NCBI GenBank assembly: GCA_002269645.1
Contig: NIVC01000803.1
Span: 1-64,000, forward strand
Length of the DNA: 64,000 bases
Direction: 5' to 3'
Origin: Macrostomum lignano
Lineage: Eukaryota
Shown piece by piece: positions 1 through 13,424 of the stretch; the stretch's first letter is position 1; the number at the start of each line of letters is the position of its first letter. The translations under genes and the position numbers were made by a program. The notes under the pieces were generated by a model. The model was not told the origin of the DNA and searched no databases. It saw nothing but the letters and a program-made list of their open reading frames with translations.

Positions 1-857
1 TAGATTTAATAAGATAAAGCTATTTTATCTTATTTATCTTATCATAGAGAAAAATTTATCTATATTTATATTTATATTTATTTATATATTTATATTTATC
101 TATGGTTTAGTCGTTTAGTCTAAGAAATAGAATTTATAAACCAACTAACTTTTGAAAGAATCGAATTATTTGCTAACTACTTTAAATCCACTCATTTTTA
201 AGACAATGAATACGCAGCAGACATTGGAATGGTTTTATGTTAGTATCGTGTCAGTGCCAGTTTGGTCGATCTAATTATTGTTTGTAGATCAATATGTGTA
301 TATAGTATTTGTATTGAATTTAAGATTACTATATGCTTTATAAGCTTATACTCTATCTACTTTTAAAAATTGTGGGTAGAACAGAAGGGAATTTGTGTAG
401 ATTTTATAGAATTGAATATCAAAATCTTAATATTAGTTATTTATTTATATAATAAGCTTCTAAACTATAAATGAGCAGATACTAATTTCTGTTTGTTTTA
501 AAGTGAAAATTATCCATCATTGTACAAATAAACTGTATTGACAGTGGATTAAACTTTAAAAAATGAGACTATTTAATACATTTAATTTACAAAGATCTGA
601 ATTCTCATCCACTGCATACTGCTAACACATTAGTTTAAGAATACCAATAAGTAGCATTAACTGAGTATATTTGGCCTGTATCTAAATATCATCCAGATCT
701 TTTATTCTTTAAAGGGATTCATTTGTTAATTTGAATCAAGTGTCTTCGAACTTAGTTATTTATGATTTTTATGCTCTATTTAAAGCAGAAATATACTTTG
801 CAGAGTCGTTCATTGTGTGACTAATAGGAAAAATGCAGCGAGAAGAACGGACGTTAG

Positions 858-3800
858 CGAGCGGCATCGACCGACAGGACGCTGGAGCTTCAGTCAGCGA
901 CGCCGAGGCAGCAGCAGGCGAAGCCGAACGGAACTGCGCCCGATTCTGCCACCGCTGATGTCACCAGCGATGAGGAGAACGAAATCATCCAGGAGCTGAA
1001 GGAAGAAATTAAGCGCAAAGTTCGAGAGGATATCAAGGTAAAATCTACGTAAAGTGTGGCATCCAATAAGTATGCTTTAGTAGGTACTCTAATCAAGCTT
1101 TAACTTCGTATTTTAACACAATGAAATTAATGGCGATCACTCTAGTCTGTAAAAGTCTTCCTGTTTCTTGTGTACTATTAGTGCAGTCAGTAATCCAATC
1201 GCACAACTTTTTAATTGTCAGCTGCTGGCTATAGCTAGATATTGCAATGTGCTCGTAAAAATCCAGTTGTTCGTATTTGAAGCACTTAAACTGATGCATA
1301 AATTTGCTTATGTTTATTGTTCACATGTAATAACTGACCTGGCCGAATGAGCTGTGACCTGAACTGACCACCCAAAGGGGCAGAGCAGCACAGCCGTAAA
1401 CGCGTCCGAATCTCGCGCCACGAACCCTTGGTTCGATTCCGTGTGCAAACACATTATTTTGAAGGCCTGGCGCTAAAATTGGCATGGGAGGCTTTCGTGC
1501 GATTCACATCCATGAGGATCAGCCCCAAGGCACAGAGAGTGTACATGCCTGACGATCAGAAAGTCAGGGCCGCTGTACACCCTGTGTGAGCGCGCGTGCC
1601 TGCGTACAGTATTGGCGCACTTGTGTGTGCTCAGGAGTCAGCGGAATGGGCAGGATTGCGTCAGACCAGGGCAATTATCATTATCAAATCGAACACCCGC
1701 AGGATGAGCTGGCCAGGTACGATCTGAAGAATCTGTCCAGCCGGACTGAATCCGCGGCCTCCAGCGCCCGCGACCAGTCGGACCCCAACGGCCTGCTGCC
1801 GGAGCGGGACGCCAAGTACACCGAGGCCTACCAGCGGATGCTGAAGCTGGACAAGATTCTGCGGAAACGGATGGCCAAAGAGCGAGAGGTCAAGCGGCAG
1901 AGAATTATGCTGGAGAAAAGGTTGGAGACTCGCATTGGTGCAGTCCCTCTTCGATTCCGCATTCCATCCCTCTAATGCTGCTCCCAATCCGCTCTTCTTA
2001 GATTTCATCTCTAATGCGACCTAAAGTCCCCTCCGATTCCATTCTTAGTCCGCTCTGTACAACTCTCCGAATCCGCCCTCAATCCGCCCTTTTCCCCCCT
2101 ATTCCGCCCTCAATCCCCTCTCCATCCCCAATAGTCCGCCCTCAATCCCCTCTCCATCCCCAATAGTCCGCCCTCAATCCCCTCTCCATCCCCACTATTC
2201 CGCCCTCAATCCCCTCTCCATCCCCCATTCCGCCCTCAATCCCTTCTCCATCCCCACTATTCCGCCCTCAATCCCCTCTCCATCCCCCATTCCGCCCTTA
2301 ATCCGCTCTCCATCTCCCCCTATTCTGCCCTTAATCCACCCCCAAATCACCTGCCAACCGTCGCCTCTGCCTCGCCGCGCTCCCAGGATCAAGGAGGAGC
2401 TGGAGCAGCTGCGCACCGAGGCAACCTCCAGGCGGACAAACGACGAGATGAGCAACACCATGAAGTTCCTGGCGCTGACGCCCAGCGACGGCGGCACCAG
2501 ACGGGACGGGGATTCGGCCCTGCAGGATGAGTACAGCGATGAGCTGCCGCACGAGCCGGTGTTCCCCACCGAGTACCTGTTCGACGAGGCACAGGAGTCG
2601 GCTGGGGCCAACGAGGAAGGCACCGAAGTCGGTGGCGGAACCGCCCGGTCCGGAAAGACGAGCCGGAAGCAGCAGCAGCAAAAAGACGGCCGGAAGAAGC
2701 AGGCGGCCGGTTCGGGCGCGGCAGCGAGCGGCGACTCGTCGAAGGATTTTATAAAGCGAAACATTGAGGTTAGTAACAGAAGAGTAGTCGGATGCTTCCT
2801 TAGCAACAGAGACATGAGTAGTCGGACGCTGCCTTAGCAACAGAAGATGAGTAGTCGGTCGCTTTCTTAGCAACAGACAGATGAGTAGTCGGACGCTTTC
2901 TAAGCAACAGGGAGATGAGTAGTCGGATGCTTTCTTAGCTACAGTGAGATGAGTAGTCTGATGCTTCCTTGGAAACAGGAAGATGAGTAGTCGGATGCTG
3001 CCTTAGCAACAGGAAGATGAGTAGTCAGATGCTTCCTTAGCAACAGAAGATGAGTAGTCGGACGCTTCCTTAGCAACAGAAGATGAGTAGTCTGATGCTT
3101 CTTTAGCAACAGAAAATGAGTAGTCTGATGTTTCCTTAGCAACAGGAAGATGAGTAGTCGGATGCTTTCTTAGCTACAGGGAGATGAGTAGTCGGATGCT
3201 TCCTTAGCAACAGGAAGATAAGTAGTCGGACGCTTCCTTAGCAACAGAAGATGAGTAGTCGGACGCTTCCTTAGCAACAGAAGATGAGTAGTCTGATGCT
3301 TCCTTAGCTACAGGGAGATGAGTAGTCGGATGCTTCCTTAGCAACAGAAGATGAGTAGTCGGACGCTTCCTTAGCAACAGAAGATGAGTAATCTGATGCT
3401 TCCTTAGCAACAGGGACATAAGTAGTCAGACGCTTCCTTAGCAACAGGGACATGAGTAGTCGGATGCTTCCTTAGCAACAGGGAGATGAGTAGTCGGATG
3501 CTTTCTTAGCAACAGAGGATGAGTAGTCGGACGCTTCCTTAGCAACAGGGACATGAGTAGTCGGATGCTTCCTTAGCAACAGGAAGATGAGTAGTCGGAT
3601 TCTTTCTTAGCAACCGAATCAGCTTTTTTGCATTCGTCCTTATCAACAATAAGGTTGACAGATTAAAATAAATAAAATCATGGCCAAAAGCTTCACAATT
3701 CCTCAATCTAAATTTCACAGCTGGCAGCAGCTTCAAACGACGTCGTTGCCATGACGCCCGAGGAGAGAGAGCGGCTTGACTCGTTGCTGCGCGATTTGGA

Positions 3801-6800
3801 CAGCATTCCGGACCTGCCCGAGGAGTTTACGGTGCGTACTGAGTGCGCAAATTAGCCTACTTATATAAGTAGGCAGATGCGGAATCGCTTTTAATCAGAA
3901 ATTTATTCGCCTAAAAAGTACTTGCCATTTTCAGAGCTCAATGCTTCCAAGCAACACCAGTTAGTGGATAAAATATTGACACATGTGTCTTGCGCCTACT
4001 TAAAAATAGCAAGTATTGAATATGAAGGAAAAATTAATGATTTAGTGATAATACTACTAATTAGTAGCTAAAATTAGTTTCTAGAGCTCGAATTAGGCCC
4101 CTATCTAATATTGGGCGTCGAGGACACACAGACTCGCTCACCTGTTGTTGCTTTCAGCTGGACCCTGAGATGCTCAGCTTACCACCAACACCATCGACTG
4201 TTCTCAGCATTGGAATAGTTTGTTGCCAATTATGCTTTGTATTTTTTCATTTAGTTTGATTTTTTTTTATTCTTTATTGTTTGGTTTGGTGTCTGGGGAG
4301 CTGAGAGCGGTCTTGGCTTGTCACAGTGCTCTCTCGCATTTTACACAGATGTAACACATTCATATTGCTAACATGAGTTATGAAGGCCGACAAGTGGCTG
4401 TCACTGGAACGGCTAAAAATTGTTTCACAGCTGTTTACAATTATGTAAAGATTTAATTGGCACAAATTTCTAATAAAAAATGGTTCACACTGTTAATTTA
4501 AACATTGCTATGGAGCACAAAAATACGGTTGAATATCATTTTAACAAAATAATTATTTAATTAAGTCCAACAGAAGCCATGTAAGACCATTGTTCATTTT
4601 TTGATATTGGCTGTGCTTCTCATTCATTTTTGGCGTCTAAAAAGCAAATGTGCCTGAATGCTGCGCGTCTTTATTGATTTTGATGTCATGTTTATCGATT
4701 TTATTCGTGTGTTTATCGATTTGATTTGTTTGTTCATCAATTTGTTTCGTGTGTTTATCAGTTTGAGTAGTATGTTTATCAGTTTGATTCGTGTGTTTAT
4801 CAATTTGATTCGTGTGTTTATCAATTTGATTCGTGTGTTTATCGATTCGATTCGTGTGTTTATCGATTTGATTCGTGTGTTTATCGATTTGATTTGTGTG
4901 TTTATCGATTTGATTCGTGTGTTTATCGATTTTATTCCTGTGTTTATCGATTTGATTTGTGTGTTTATCGATTTGATTTGTTTGTTCATCAATTTGTTTC
5001 GTGTGTTTACCAATTTGATTTGTTTGTTGATCGCTTTGATTCGTGTATTTATCGATTTGGCTTGTGTGTTTATCGATTTGATTCGTGTGTTTATCGATTT
5101 GATTTGTGTGTTTATCGATTTGATTTGTTTGTTTATCGATTTGATTCGTGCGTTTATCGATTTGATTTGTGTGTTTATCGATTTTATTTGTTTGTTCATC
5201 AATTTGTTTCGTGTGTTTATCAATTTGATCTGTTTGTTGATCGCTTTGATTCGTGTATTTATCGATTTGGCTTGTGTGTTTATCGATTTGATTCGTGTGT
5301 TTATCAATTTGATTCGTGTGTTTATCGAGTCGAGCCATCGTGCATATTGAGTTAAATCAGCGTGGCTATCAAGTTGAATTTCATTTTTATCATGCCTTAT
5401 GCTTTATATGAATTGAATCAAGTTGCCATGGGTTCGTTGGCTGTGCACATCGCCTGTGGCGTGTTTTCATCGTAAGAAACTAAACAACACCGGAAAATTT
5501 CACTAGCGCCTCCCACCGCCGCTACTACGGCAGGATTCGAGCTCGGGCTACCAGCTGGCGGAGCTCAGCCCGGGCGAGGGCTACCGAGTCTCCGACGCCG
5601 ATTCGCGTCGACTACGCGAAATCGAAGCCAGCCTGGCCCGCCTCGGCTCCGTGCCGCCGCCAGCGCTGACCGCCTGGTCGGAGGAGTCGCCGTCGTCGGC
5701 AAGGCGACAGTCGGAGCTGAGCGACGCGTACAGAGCCACCGCGCTGCAGCGGGCTGCGGCCGGCCAGGACTGGGATCTGGACAGGCTCGGCGAGAAGGCG
5801 CTCGCCGAAGTCAAAGAGGAGCGACTGATGAGTCACCGGCTGGAGGAGCTGAACAGCCGGCTTTCTTTGATTAGCAATGAGGTGATTTCTGGCTTTGTGG
5901 ATTTGTTGGATTTGAGATGTTGGATTTGAGATGCTGGATTTGAGATGTTGGATTTGAGATGTTGGATTTGAGATGCTGGATTTGAGATGTTGGATTTGAG
6001 ATGTTGGATTTGAGATGTTGGATTTGAGATGTTGGATTTGAGATGTTGGATTTGAGATGCTGGATTTGAGATGTTGGATTTGAGATGCTGGATTTGAGAT
6101 GTTGGATTTGAGATGTTGGATTTGAGATGTTGGATTTGAGATGTTGGATTTGAGATGTTGGATTTGAGATGTCGGATTTGAGATGCTGGATTTGAGATGT
6201 CGGATTTGAGATGTTGGATTTGAGACGTCGAATTTGAGATTTTGGATTTGATATGTTAGATTTGATATGTTGGATTTGAGATGTTGGATTTGAGATGTTG
6301 GATTTGAGATGTTGGATTTGAGATGTTGGAATTGAGAAGTTAAATAAAGTTTTAGCATATGGACTTCGATCTCAGACTGTAGCTGCAAGTTGAACACACT
6401 CTAAGGACTGTATGAACTTTAATTAACGCCCCATCCCCTCACACCGGCAGTCGTCCCAGGGTCCACTCTCGGCCGAGGCCATGTCCGCCCTGCTGTCCGA
6501 CTGCTCCCGCTCTATCGCTGCCAGCCACAGTGTCCGGGACGCAAATTCCCAGCTGGGCAGCCACCGCAGCCTGCAGTCGACGGCATCTGCCGCTGGGCCG
6601 GCGAGCGCCGCCAGCGAGACCGGCGGCGACGTCGATTCGCTGTCCTCCGCCAGGCTGCCAGACGATGAGGCGAGCCGAGAACTGGCTATTCAGGTGCGCC
6701 CGTGATCTTCCTGTTGGCAATTGTTTTTAATAAACAGCGGGAGTAACTATCTAATACTTATTATCAGAGTCTGTTTACTCTATTAGTATCAATAGTTTTC

Positions 6801-7240
6801 TGCTATTGGCTAGATTAGCAATCCGTTCTACTCCTACATTTTAATTATCCGTGCTAGGATGCGCATTCTGTCTACTGTCAACATTAGTAGTATAAACCGC
6901 AACATATTGCATTCAGGTTCCGCCCCTGGATCGCGCAGTTCTCGACCGCTTGTTAGCCGACGCCAGGGCTGCCGGGATTGGCCAGAACTGGGCCAGGCCG
7001 GAGCCAATCACAGAAGAGGAGGAGGAGGAAGGCGAGGCGGACGCGCAGACAGTCAGAGGCTCCAGTAGTTTGAGAAACGGCGTCGGTCTCGACTCAAGCA
7101 GCGACGACGATGAGGCCTGCGACGATGAGGCCTGCGACGATGAGGACGGAGGCGAGAGGCTGGTGCTGCCGGACATCAGCCTGTACGCCAACATGAGCGC
7201 GCCGAAGACGCCCAATTCTGGTCGGTACTCCGCCGGCTGA
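858..7240 (+). CDS. FSIP1: Fibrous sheath-interacting protein 1 homolog, multi-exon, 5' end not resolved
   Basis: Phase-consistent GT-AG exons: 858-1037, 1703-1920, 2387-2768, 3721-3831, 5534-5881, 6451-6693, 6917-7240 (TGA). Motifs match human FSIP1 as recalled: MLKLDKILRKRMAKEREVK (MKKLDKILAKKQRREKEIK), NTMKFLALT (NTKKFLSLT), DFIKRNIEL (identical), ERERLDSLLRDLD (EKKRLVELLKDLD), GEKALAEVKEER (GEKILRNTKEQR), PLDRAVLDRLL (QLSRSIISKLL). Confidence 0.85.
1377..1680 (+). mobile_element. tRNA-derived SINE, family A copy 1
   Basis: tRNA-like head with B box GGTTCGATTCC. Body CCAAGGCACAGAGAGTGTACATGCC...GGGCCGCTGTACAC...CTGTGTGAG is shared with copies at 28.7, 29.7, 34.5 and 41.9 kb. Confidence 0.7.
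2070..2345. repeat. Intronic minisatellite, ~31-33 bp (CCGCCCTCAATCCCCTCTCCATCCCC...)
   Basis: Tandem units visible in FSIP1 intron. Confidence 0.85.
2770..3610. repeat. Intronic minisatellite, ~33-38 bp (TTAGCAACAGAAGATGAGTAGTCGGATGCTTCC)
   Basis: About 20 degenerate tandem units starting directly at the splice donor. Confidence 0.9.
4665..5330. repeat. 21-bp minisatellite (TTTATCGATTTGATTCGTGTG)
   Basis: Tandem units; accounts for the repetitive ORFs at 4624-5355. Confidence 0.9.
5898..6335. repeat. 14-bp minisatellite (GATTTGAGATGTTG)
   Basis: Tandem units just after the donor at 5882. Confidence 0.9.
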
Positions 7241-7407
7241 GGATATCCCGTCTGGCTGAGCATGAGCTCAGCAGCCATGCAGTTAGAGCTCCATCTCATA
7301 CGTGCGGTGTTTCCTGTTCGGAGGGGGAGATGAAGATGAAAGGACTCGAGTGAGGATTCTGATGGCAGTTAAAGGTGCTGTGAGATTTGGGAAGTAAACA
7401 GACAGAA

Positions 7408-8070
7408 TGGCACTGTTTGTGGCACTGTTTGTGGCACTGTTTGTGGCACTGTTTGTGGCACTGTTTGTGGCACTGTTTGTGGCACTGTTTGTGGCACTGT
7501 TTGTGGCACTGTTTGTGGCACTGTTTGTGGCACTGTTTGTGGCGCTGTTTGTGACACTGTTTGTGGCACTGTTTGTGGCACTGTTTGTGGCACTGTTTGT
7601 GGCACTGTTTGTGGCGCTGTTTGTGACACTGTTTGTGGCACTGTTTGTGGCACTGTTTGTGGCACAGTTTGTGACACTGTTTGTGACACTGTTTGTGGCA
7701 CTGTTTGTGACACTGTTTGTGGCACTGTTTGTGGCACTGTTTGTGGCACTGTTTGTGGCACTGTTTGTGGCACTGTTTGTGGCACTGTTTGTGGCACTGT
7801 TTGTGGCACTGTTTGTGGCACTGTTTGTGACACTGTTTGTGGCACTGTTTGTGACACTGTTTTTGGCACTGTTTGTGGCACTGTTTGTGGCACTGTTTGT
7901 GACACTGTTTGTGGCACTGTTTGTGACACTGTTTGTGGCTCTGTTTGTGGCTCTGTTTGTGGCACTGTTTGTGGCACTGTTTGTGGCACAGTTTGTGACA
8001 CTGTTTGTGGCTCTGTTTGTGGCTCTGTTTGTGGCACTGTTTGTGGCACTGTTTGTGGCACTGTTTGTGG
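7408..8070. repeat. 12-bp minisatellite (GTGGCACTGTTT)
   Basis: About 55 tandem units. Confidence 0.95.
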
Positions 8071-8649
8071 TCCTATTCTAAGGAAACGCTTTCCCAAATC
8101 CAATTGATGCTCTGCAGAAAATATTACTAAATTTCTTGTCAAGTCAGTTTTAGATTCAAACACCTATTTCACAATAGTGCTTGCTCTCGTTGATAAGCTT
8201 CAATGCTGAACTGTCTGGCACCTGTTCTTCTGGCACACAATCGCTTCTTCTTTCTGTGTTTGACAGCAAAATTGCATTTATTGCCTATGAACATATCTTC
8301 ATATCTTTGTACACTCCTATTGTACTGACTTTAATTGATTGACTGGTTCCCAAATATGCCAGCTACTCGTATATTTGAATCGGGCTGCTGGTGTTAATCC
8401 TAGCTTTTGTTTCCGTTCAATCAAGCTTTATAAATAAAATCACTGGCTGATTGAAGCCGCCGATTCTGCCTATTTTGACAAAAACACAGTTCTTGTAACT
8501 ACCTGATTACCTGCGTATTGCTACTTGAAGTAGACAAACTGAATATTTTCAACTTCAAAAATCATTTTCACTTCCAAAATTTAAATTTCGAAAAAGCTTT
8601 TGTTTGTGAGTTTTCTGAAACTATGAAGAAATTATGCATCGACCGAATT

Positions 8650-9370
8650 CTACCGGAAATTCCCCCAACCCAGGGAATTCTCTCTGAAATTACCCCACCC
8701 CGGAGAATTCCCCCAAAATCTCCATCCCAGTGAATTCCCCTCAAAATTACCCCAATGTCAGAGAATGCCCCTCAGAATTACCCTACTCATAGAATTACTC
8801 TCAAGGATACCCATCCCAGCGAATTCCCATCAAAGATACCCCACCCCAGAGAATTCCCCTCAAAGATACCTTACCCCAGAGAAGTTCCCTCAAAATTACC
8901 CCACCCCAGAGATTAGAGAATTCCCCTCAAAGATACCCTACCCCAGAGAAGTTCCCTCAAAATTACCCCACCTCAGAAAATTCCCCTCAAAGATACCCCA
9001 CCCCAGAGAATTCCTCTCAAAGATACCCTACCCCAGAGAAGTTCCCTCAAAATTAACCCACCCCAGAGAATTCCCCTCAAAGATACCCCACCCCAGAGAA
9101 GTTCCCTCAAAATTACCCCACCCCAGAGAATTCCCCTCAAGGATACCCTACCCCAGAAAAGTTCCCTCAAAATTACCCCACCCCAAATAATTCCCCTCAA
9201 AGATACCCCATCCCAGAGAAGTTCCCTCAAAATTACCCCTCCCCAGAGAATTCCCCTCAAAGATACCCTACCCCAGAGAATGTCCCTCAAAATTACCCTA
9301 CGCATAAAATTACCCTCAAGGATACCCATCGCAGAGAATTCTCCCCGAAATTTCCCCAGCACAATTCCCC
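8650..9370. repeat. Degenerate 21/42-bp minisatellite (CCCCAGAGAATTCCCCTCAAAGATACCCCA...)
   Basis: Tandem units with degenerate flanks. Confidence 0.85.
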
Positions 9371-9534
9371 CGATTAATTCCATCCTTAGAGATCCCCCCT
9401 CATTTTGGCCTCGTCACGCAGAATTTCACAAGCTCGAAGTTTCATGGGACTCAAAAAACGGTCGAAATTGTAGCCGGAATTTTCGACTATCTGAAACTCC
9501 GAAATTTGGAGCTTGTGAAAGCGAGATGTTCTGA

Positions 9535-12500
9535 CTTGACTTAGCTGCAGGGGGCGTCCGGCGGATGCAGCGAGGAGGCGGAGGAGACCGCCCTTTCCGC
9601 TAGCCCTTGGCGACCAAAGACTTCCATCGAAGTGATGTCGCTCAGGGGGACCCGTCGGTCTCGCCTGCAGCGCGGTCCTCCTCACCGGCGGTGGGGAAGA
9701 AATCAGCTCGTCCCGTGTCCCTGAGGTACCGGGCGAGCAGCGGGATGCTCTCGGGCCTGCAAACGTCGGAGAGAACCGGGTTTGGCCCGAGGTGAGTGAG
9801 CCTGGCCCTGGTGAAAACCGGGCAGTGGCAGATAAAGTGCTCGGCGTTTTCACTGCCTGAGCGGCAGAAGGGGCACCGCTCCTCGGGTACTTGGCCCTGA
9901 AGGAAACGGTGGCGAGAGAAGCAGCCATGCCCGGAGAGGGCCATGCTAACTGCTCTGAGGTCTCTGCGGTTGAGCCTGAGGAGGGCTCTACGCAGGAGAG
10001 GAGAGGGGCAGGTGACGGCCGCACGGGATTGCCTACAATTCCGGGTGTCGTGCCACCTGCGGAGATGCTCGGAGTCAGTCCAGCGCTTAACGCGGGAGTT
10101 GATCACCGAGGCGGGGATGGGGGCTCCCGGGCCCGGCCCCAGCAGCGCGCCGGCGGAGCCAGCCTTGGCCAGCAGGTCAGCGCGCTCGTTGCCGACGAAG
10201 CCGGCGTGGCCCGGGATCCATCTGAGCTCCACCTGGTTGCCTAGCGCAAGCCCGTTGAGCTGGGTGTTGCAGTCCAGGACGGACCTGGAGCTGGTGGTGC
10301 TGCGGCAGAGGGCCCGAAGGGCTGCTTGGCTGTCAGAGTGAAAAATAAATTTCCGACCGCTAAGCTGCCTTCGGCGCAGCTCTGCCGCGCAGGAGCTGAT
10401 GGCAAGCACCTCGCTCTGAAAAACACTGGAGTTGAGCCCAGTGTGCTGGGAGTAGCTCCACACCACTTCTCCCTTGAAGAAGACGCAAGCTCCGAAGCCT
10501 GAAAGACCATGCCTCATAGAGCCGTCAGTGTAACAGTGGACTTCAGAATCGCTCCAGCTGTCACTCGCCTCGTGTCGAGGCTGAATAGTGACCTTATACC
10601 TTTGGCTCAGGAGAAGGGTGGCTGAGATCGAGTCCGTGAGGATGTTAAGCCCGCCACACTCCTCGAGAGCCTTGAGGCAGAGGTCAGAGTGCGGGATAAG
10701 CGACCGCTTCTTAAAGGCCCGCACTTTTTTGAAGGCCACCCCAGCATCCAGAAGACGCCGGGTGCTCTTCGCCGCCTCTCCTTTGATATAAATATCCAGA
10801 GGAGGGGTGCAGAGGAAGGCATTCATGCCTTCAAAAGGAGTAGAGGGTGGAGCGCCCATAGTCATGCGGCAGGCTCTGCCCTGGATTTTGTAGAGAGCGT
10901 CAAGGTTGCTCTTGACGCTCAGGCCGCTGGCCCACACGAGGCTGGCGTAACTGATCGAGGGGCGGATGATGGCTGATGTGCGGAGTCCAGTTAAGCCTGT
11001 GGTCCAAAGTGAGGCCCAGGCAGCGGACCTGCTTCTCCATGGAAATATTCTTTCCATAGAGGGTGAGGGGCTTAATGGTCCAGAGCAGTTTGTTGGTAAA
11101 CATGACCGCTGTGGTTTTTCGACTCTGAGAGTCTAAGGCCACATTGGTTTGCCCAACGCTCCGCTCGTCCCAGAAAGCCCTGCAGAAGGTCTCTGATGGT
11201 ATCAACCGAGGGGCCCGCGCATATCGCGGTCACATCATCGGCATAGCCCACCTTGAGAATGGGGTCGTGGAGATCACTGCAAAGCAGCTCCTCCATGACC
11301 ATGTTCCAGAGAACGGGGGTGAGAACTCCGCCCTGGGGGCCCCCTTTCTGGACAGGCGCCGAAAGAGAGCTGCCGTTCAGGTAGGCCACAACAGTGCGGT
11401 TCCGGATCATGAACATGATCCACCGGACAATGTGAGGGTGCGTGGCCCTGGATTCCAGGGCTCTGCAAAAGGCCTCGAAGATGACGTTGTCGAAGGCCCC
11501 CTCAATGTCCAGAAAAAGCGAGAGGGCAAAGCCGCTGCCAAGAACGGCCCTCTCCAGGAAGTCAACAATGACATGGAGGGCACTCTCGGTAGACCTGCCC
11601 GCGCAAAAGGCGTGCTGGTTCTGCGAGAGTGGGAAGCGCTTCAGCTCGACCGAAAGCAGGCGCCAAAGCACCAGTCTCGAGGAGCTTGAGGCAGAAAGAA
11701 GTGAGGCTGATAGGCCTGAAGGCCTTCACCGATTGGTAATCGCTCTTTCCAGGCTTGGGGATAAAGACCACCCGGGCCTCTCTCCACGCAACTGGTACAT
11801 AGCCCAGCTCCACACAAGCTCGAAGGAGACGACAGAGCAGGTCCAGGAAGCGGTGGTTTTTCGCCGCCTCGTGCAAGAACGCTGGGTAGATGCCGTCGGG
11901 CCCAGGCGCCTTGAACGGGTTAAAGGACCTTGCCGCTCTAATAATGCGGTCTTTGGTGATCATAGACTTTGCTAGGCCTTGCCCTCCCACTGTGTTGTCA
12001 GGCGAACCCTGCTGAGTCGGGGATTTAGGGAAGAAACTGTTGAGCATTAGCTCTAGAGTCTCTTCCGAGCTCTCTGTGACCGAGCCATCAGGTCTCTTCA
12101 CAACAGAGAGTTTAGAAAAACGGTCATTAGTGAGTGCCTTAACCACGCGGGCTACGGGGCGAGAGCCCTCAAGCCCTTCGCAATATTGGCGCCACTTGGC
12201 CGTCTTGGCCCTTCTGACTTGGCCCTTAAACTCGTGGATCGCACGGGAATAGGCCTCTCTATCAGATGGGTCTTTGGTTTTGAGCGCTCGCCTTTGGAGG
12301 GTCCTGGCTCGGCGCCGAAGGACCCCGAGCTCTGGGTTCCACCAGGGAGCAGATTTCTTGCCATTGTAGGCTTTTAGAGGGCAGGCTGCTTCAAAGGCTG
12401 TGATGATCGCCCCGCCCAGGGAGGAGGCGAGATCATCCACTACCTGGCAGTCAGAGAGGTCACTGGGGGGGGGGTCAAGATCCCGAAGGCCGCGGTTCAG

Positions 12501-12760
12501 CTTCGAGCCAAAGGCGGCCCAATCGGTGTTCCTGACGTTCCGACTCCAAGTGACCTTAGGCTTTTGCTTGGTCGGCCCAATTGTCGTGCTTGCTTGTCGG
12601 TCCGAGAGCGAGTCCTCGTCCCACACTCGCCAGCCTGTGACTGCGGAAAGCGGCTTGACATGTTCTCCAGGCAAGATTCTCCTGGACCGATTCTCAGAGG
12701 CAAAGCTGTTTTGAAGTTGGCTCCTCGGCAACAATTAGCTCTGACATCAGTAGGCTAGTT
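9535..12760 (-). mobile_element. 5'-truncated, frameshifted non-LTR retrotransposon with RT + RNase H + CCHC knuckle (I group, LOA/R1-like)
   Basis: ORF2 pieces at 11562-12734 (endonuclease tail, WWNPEL, KAPGPDGI, RPISLTS), 11072-11671 (QGGVLTPVLWN, YADD) and 9642-11057 (RNase H YTDGS...SEVLAI...SDSQAAL...WIPGH..GNERAD; CPFC..E.AEHFICHC). Frameshifts near 11670 and 11110. Internal deletion between WTPHI and AIIRP. The 3' end terminates in CTGCAGCTAAGTCAAGTC. Confidence 0.9.
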
Positions 12761-12776
12761 TGATGATTGACAGCTG

Positions 12777-12837
<61 letters not shown>
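12777..12837. repeat. (TC)n microsatellite at the 5' junction of the LINE
   Basis: Direct reading. Confidence 0.95.
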
Positions 12838-12840
<3 letters not shown>

Positions 12841-13424
12841 CGCAACCGAGAAAACATTCTAACTCTCGAACAGCGCAGATTCGTCAGTCAGGTGATTTCC
12901 CGGGCTGTTGCAGGGGGGAGGGGCAGGCAGTGGGTGGCGGCAGCTGCCTTGAACCTCTGTCCATCTTCATCCTTCACCTTGTTCAAAAGTGCGCCATCGC
13001 TGGTGACGCAAGCCAGTAGCTAAAAATAGCCTCAGCTGTGGGATTACGCTCGTAGCGCCTGAAGAAAGCCAGCAGACCAAAGTTCTTTTCATTATTCTGT
13101 TTGTAAACAAATACAGAAGTTCCATAAGCGACCCTTAGCATGTCTACGGTAACTGAGAAACAGCACCTAAACCTTAGGCTATTTTCAAATCAACGACTGT
13201 CTTTGGCAGCCATATAATCTGCGCTGATGCGTACAGATTTCAAGGTGCTCTTGACGCACTGGGACTGGTTTTCTTAGAAAACCTTATAAAAAGGCTTGCA
13301 TTTTCTAGGAACGCATTGCCGGGATGAGAAGTTTCTACAATATAAAAAAACTGCGATGTTATCAGAATAAGGATGAAAAAATTGGTTTCCTAGGAAGTTT
13401 TTGAAGTCTCATTTTTTCCGTCCT

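Noticed and set aside
4159-4250. Possible extra FSIP1 exon after TTTCAG
   Set aside because: There is no convincing donor before the in-frame stop, and the flanking exons already join in phase.
4624-8163. Long repetitive ORFs (e.g. 4624-5355, 5612-6397, 7369-8163)
   Set aside because: They are translations of 21-, 14- and 12-bp minisatellites, open on several frames and strands, and lie in introns or spacers.
9535-9610. HDV-like ribozyme in the LINE 3' end (contains TCCTCGCT)
   Set aside because: P2 and P3 pairings cannot be formed, the motif is not kept in the 39-kb copy, and a simple two-hairpin 3' UTR explains it better.
12840-13130. Coding-like minus-strand stretch next to the (TC)n repeat
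   Set aside because: The frames are short and broken, with no recognisable domain.
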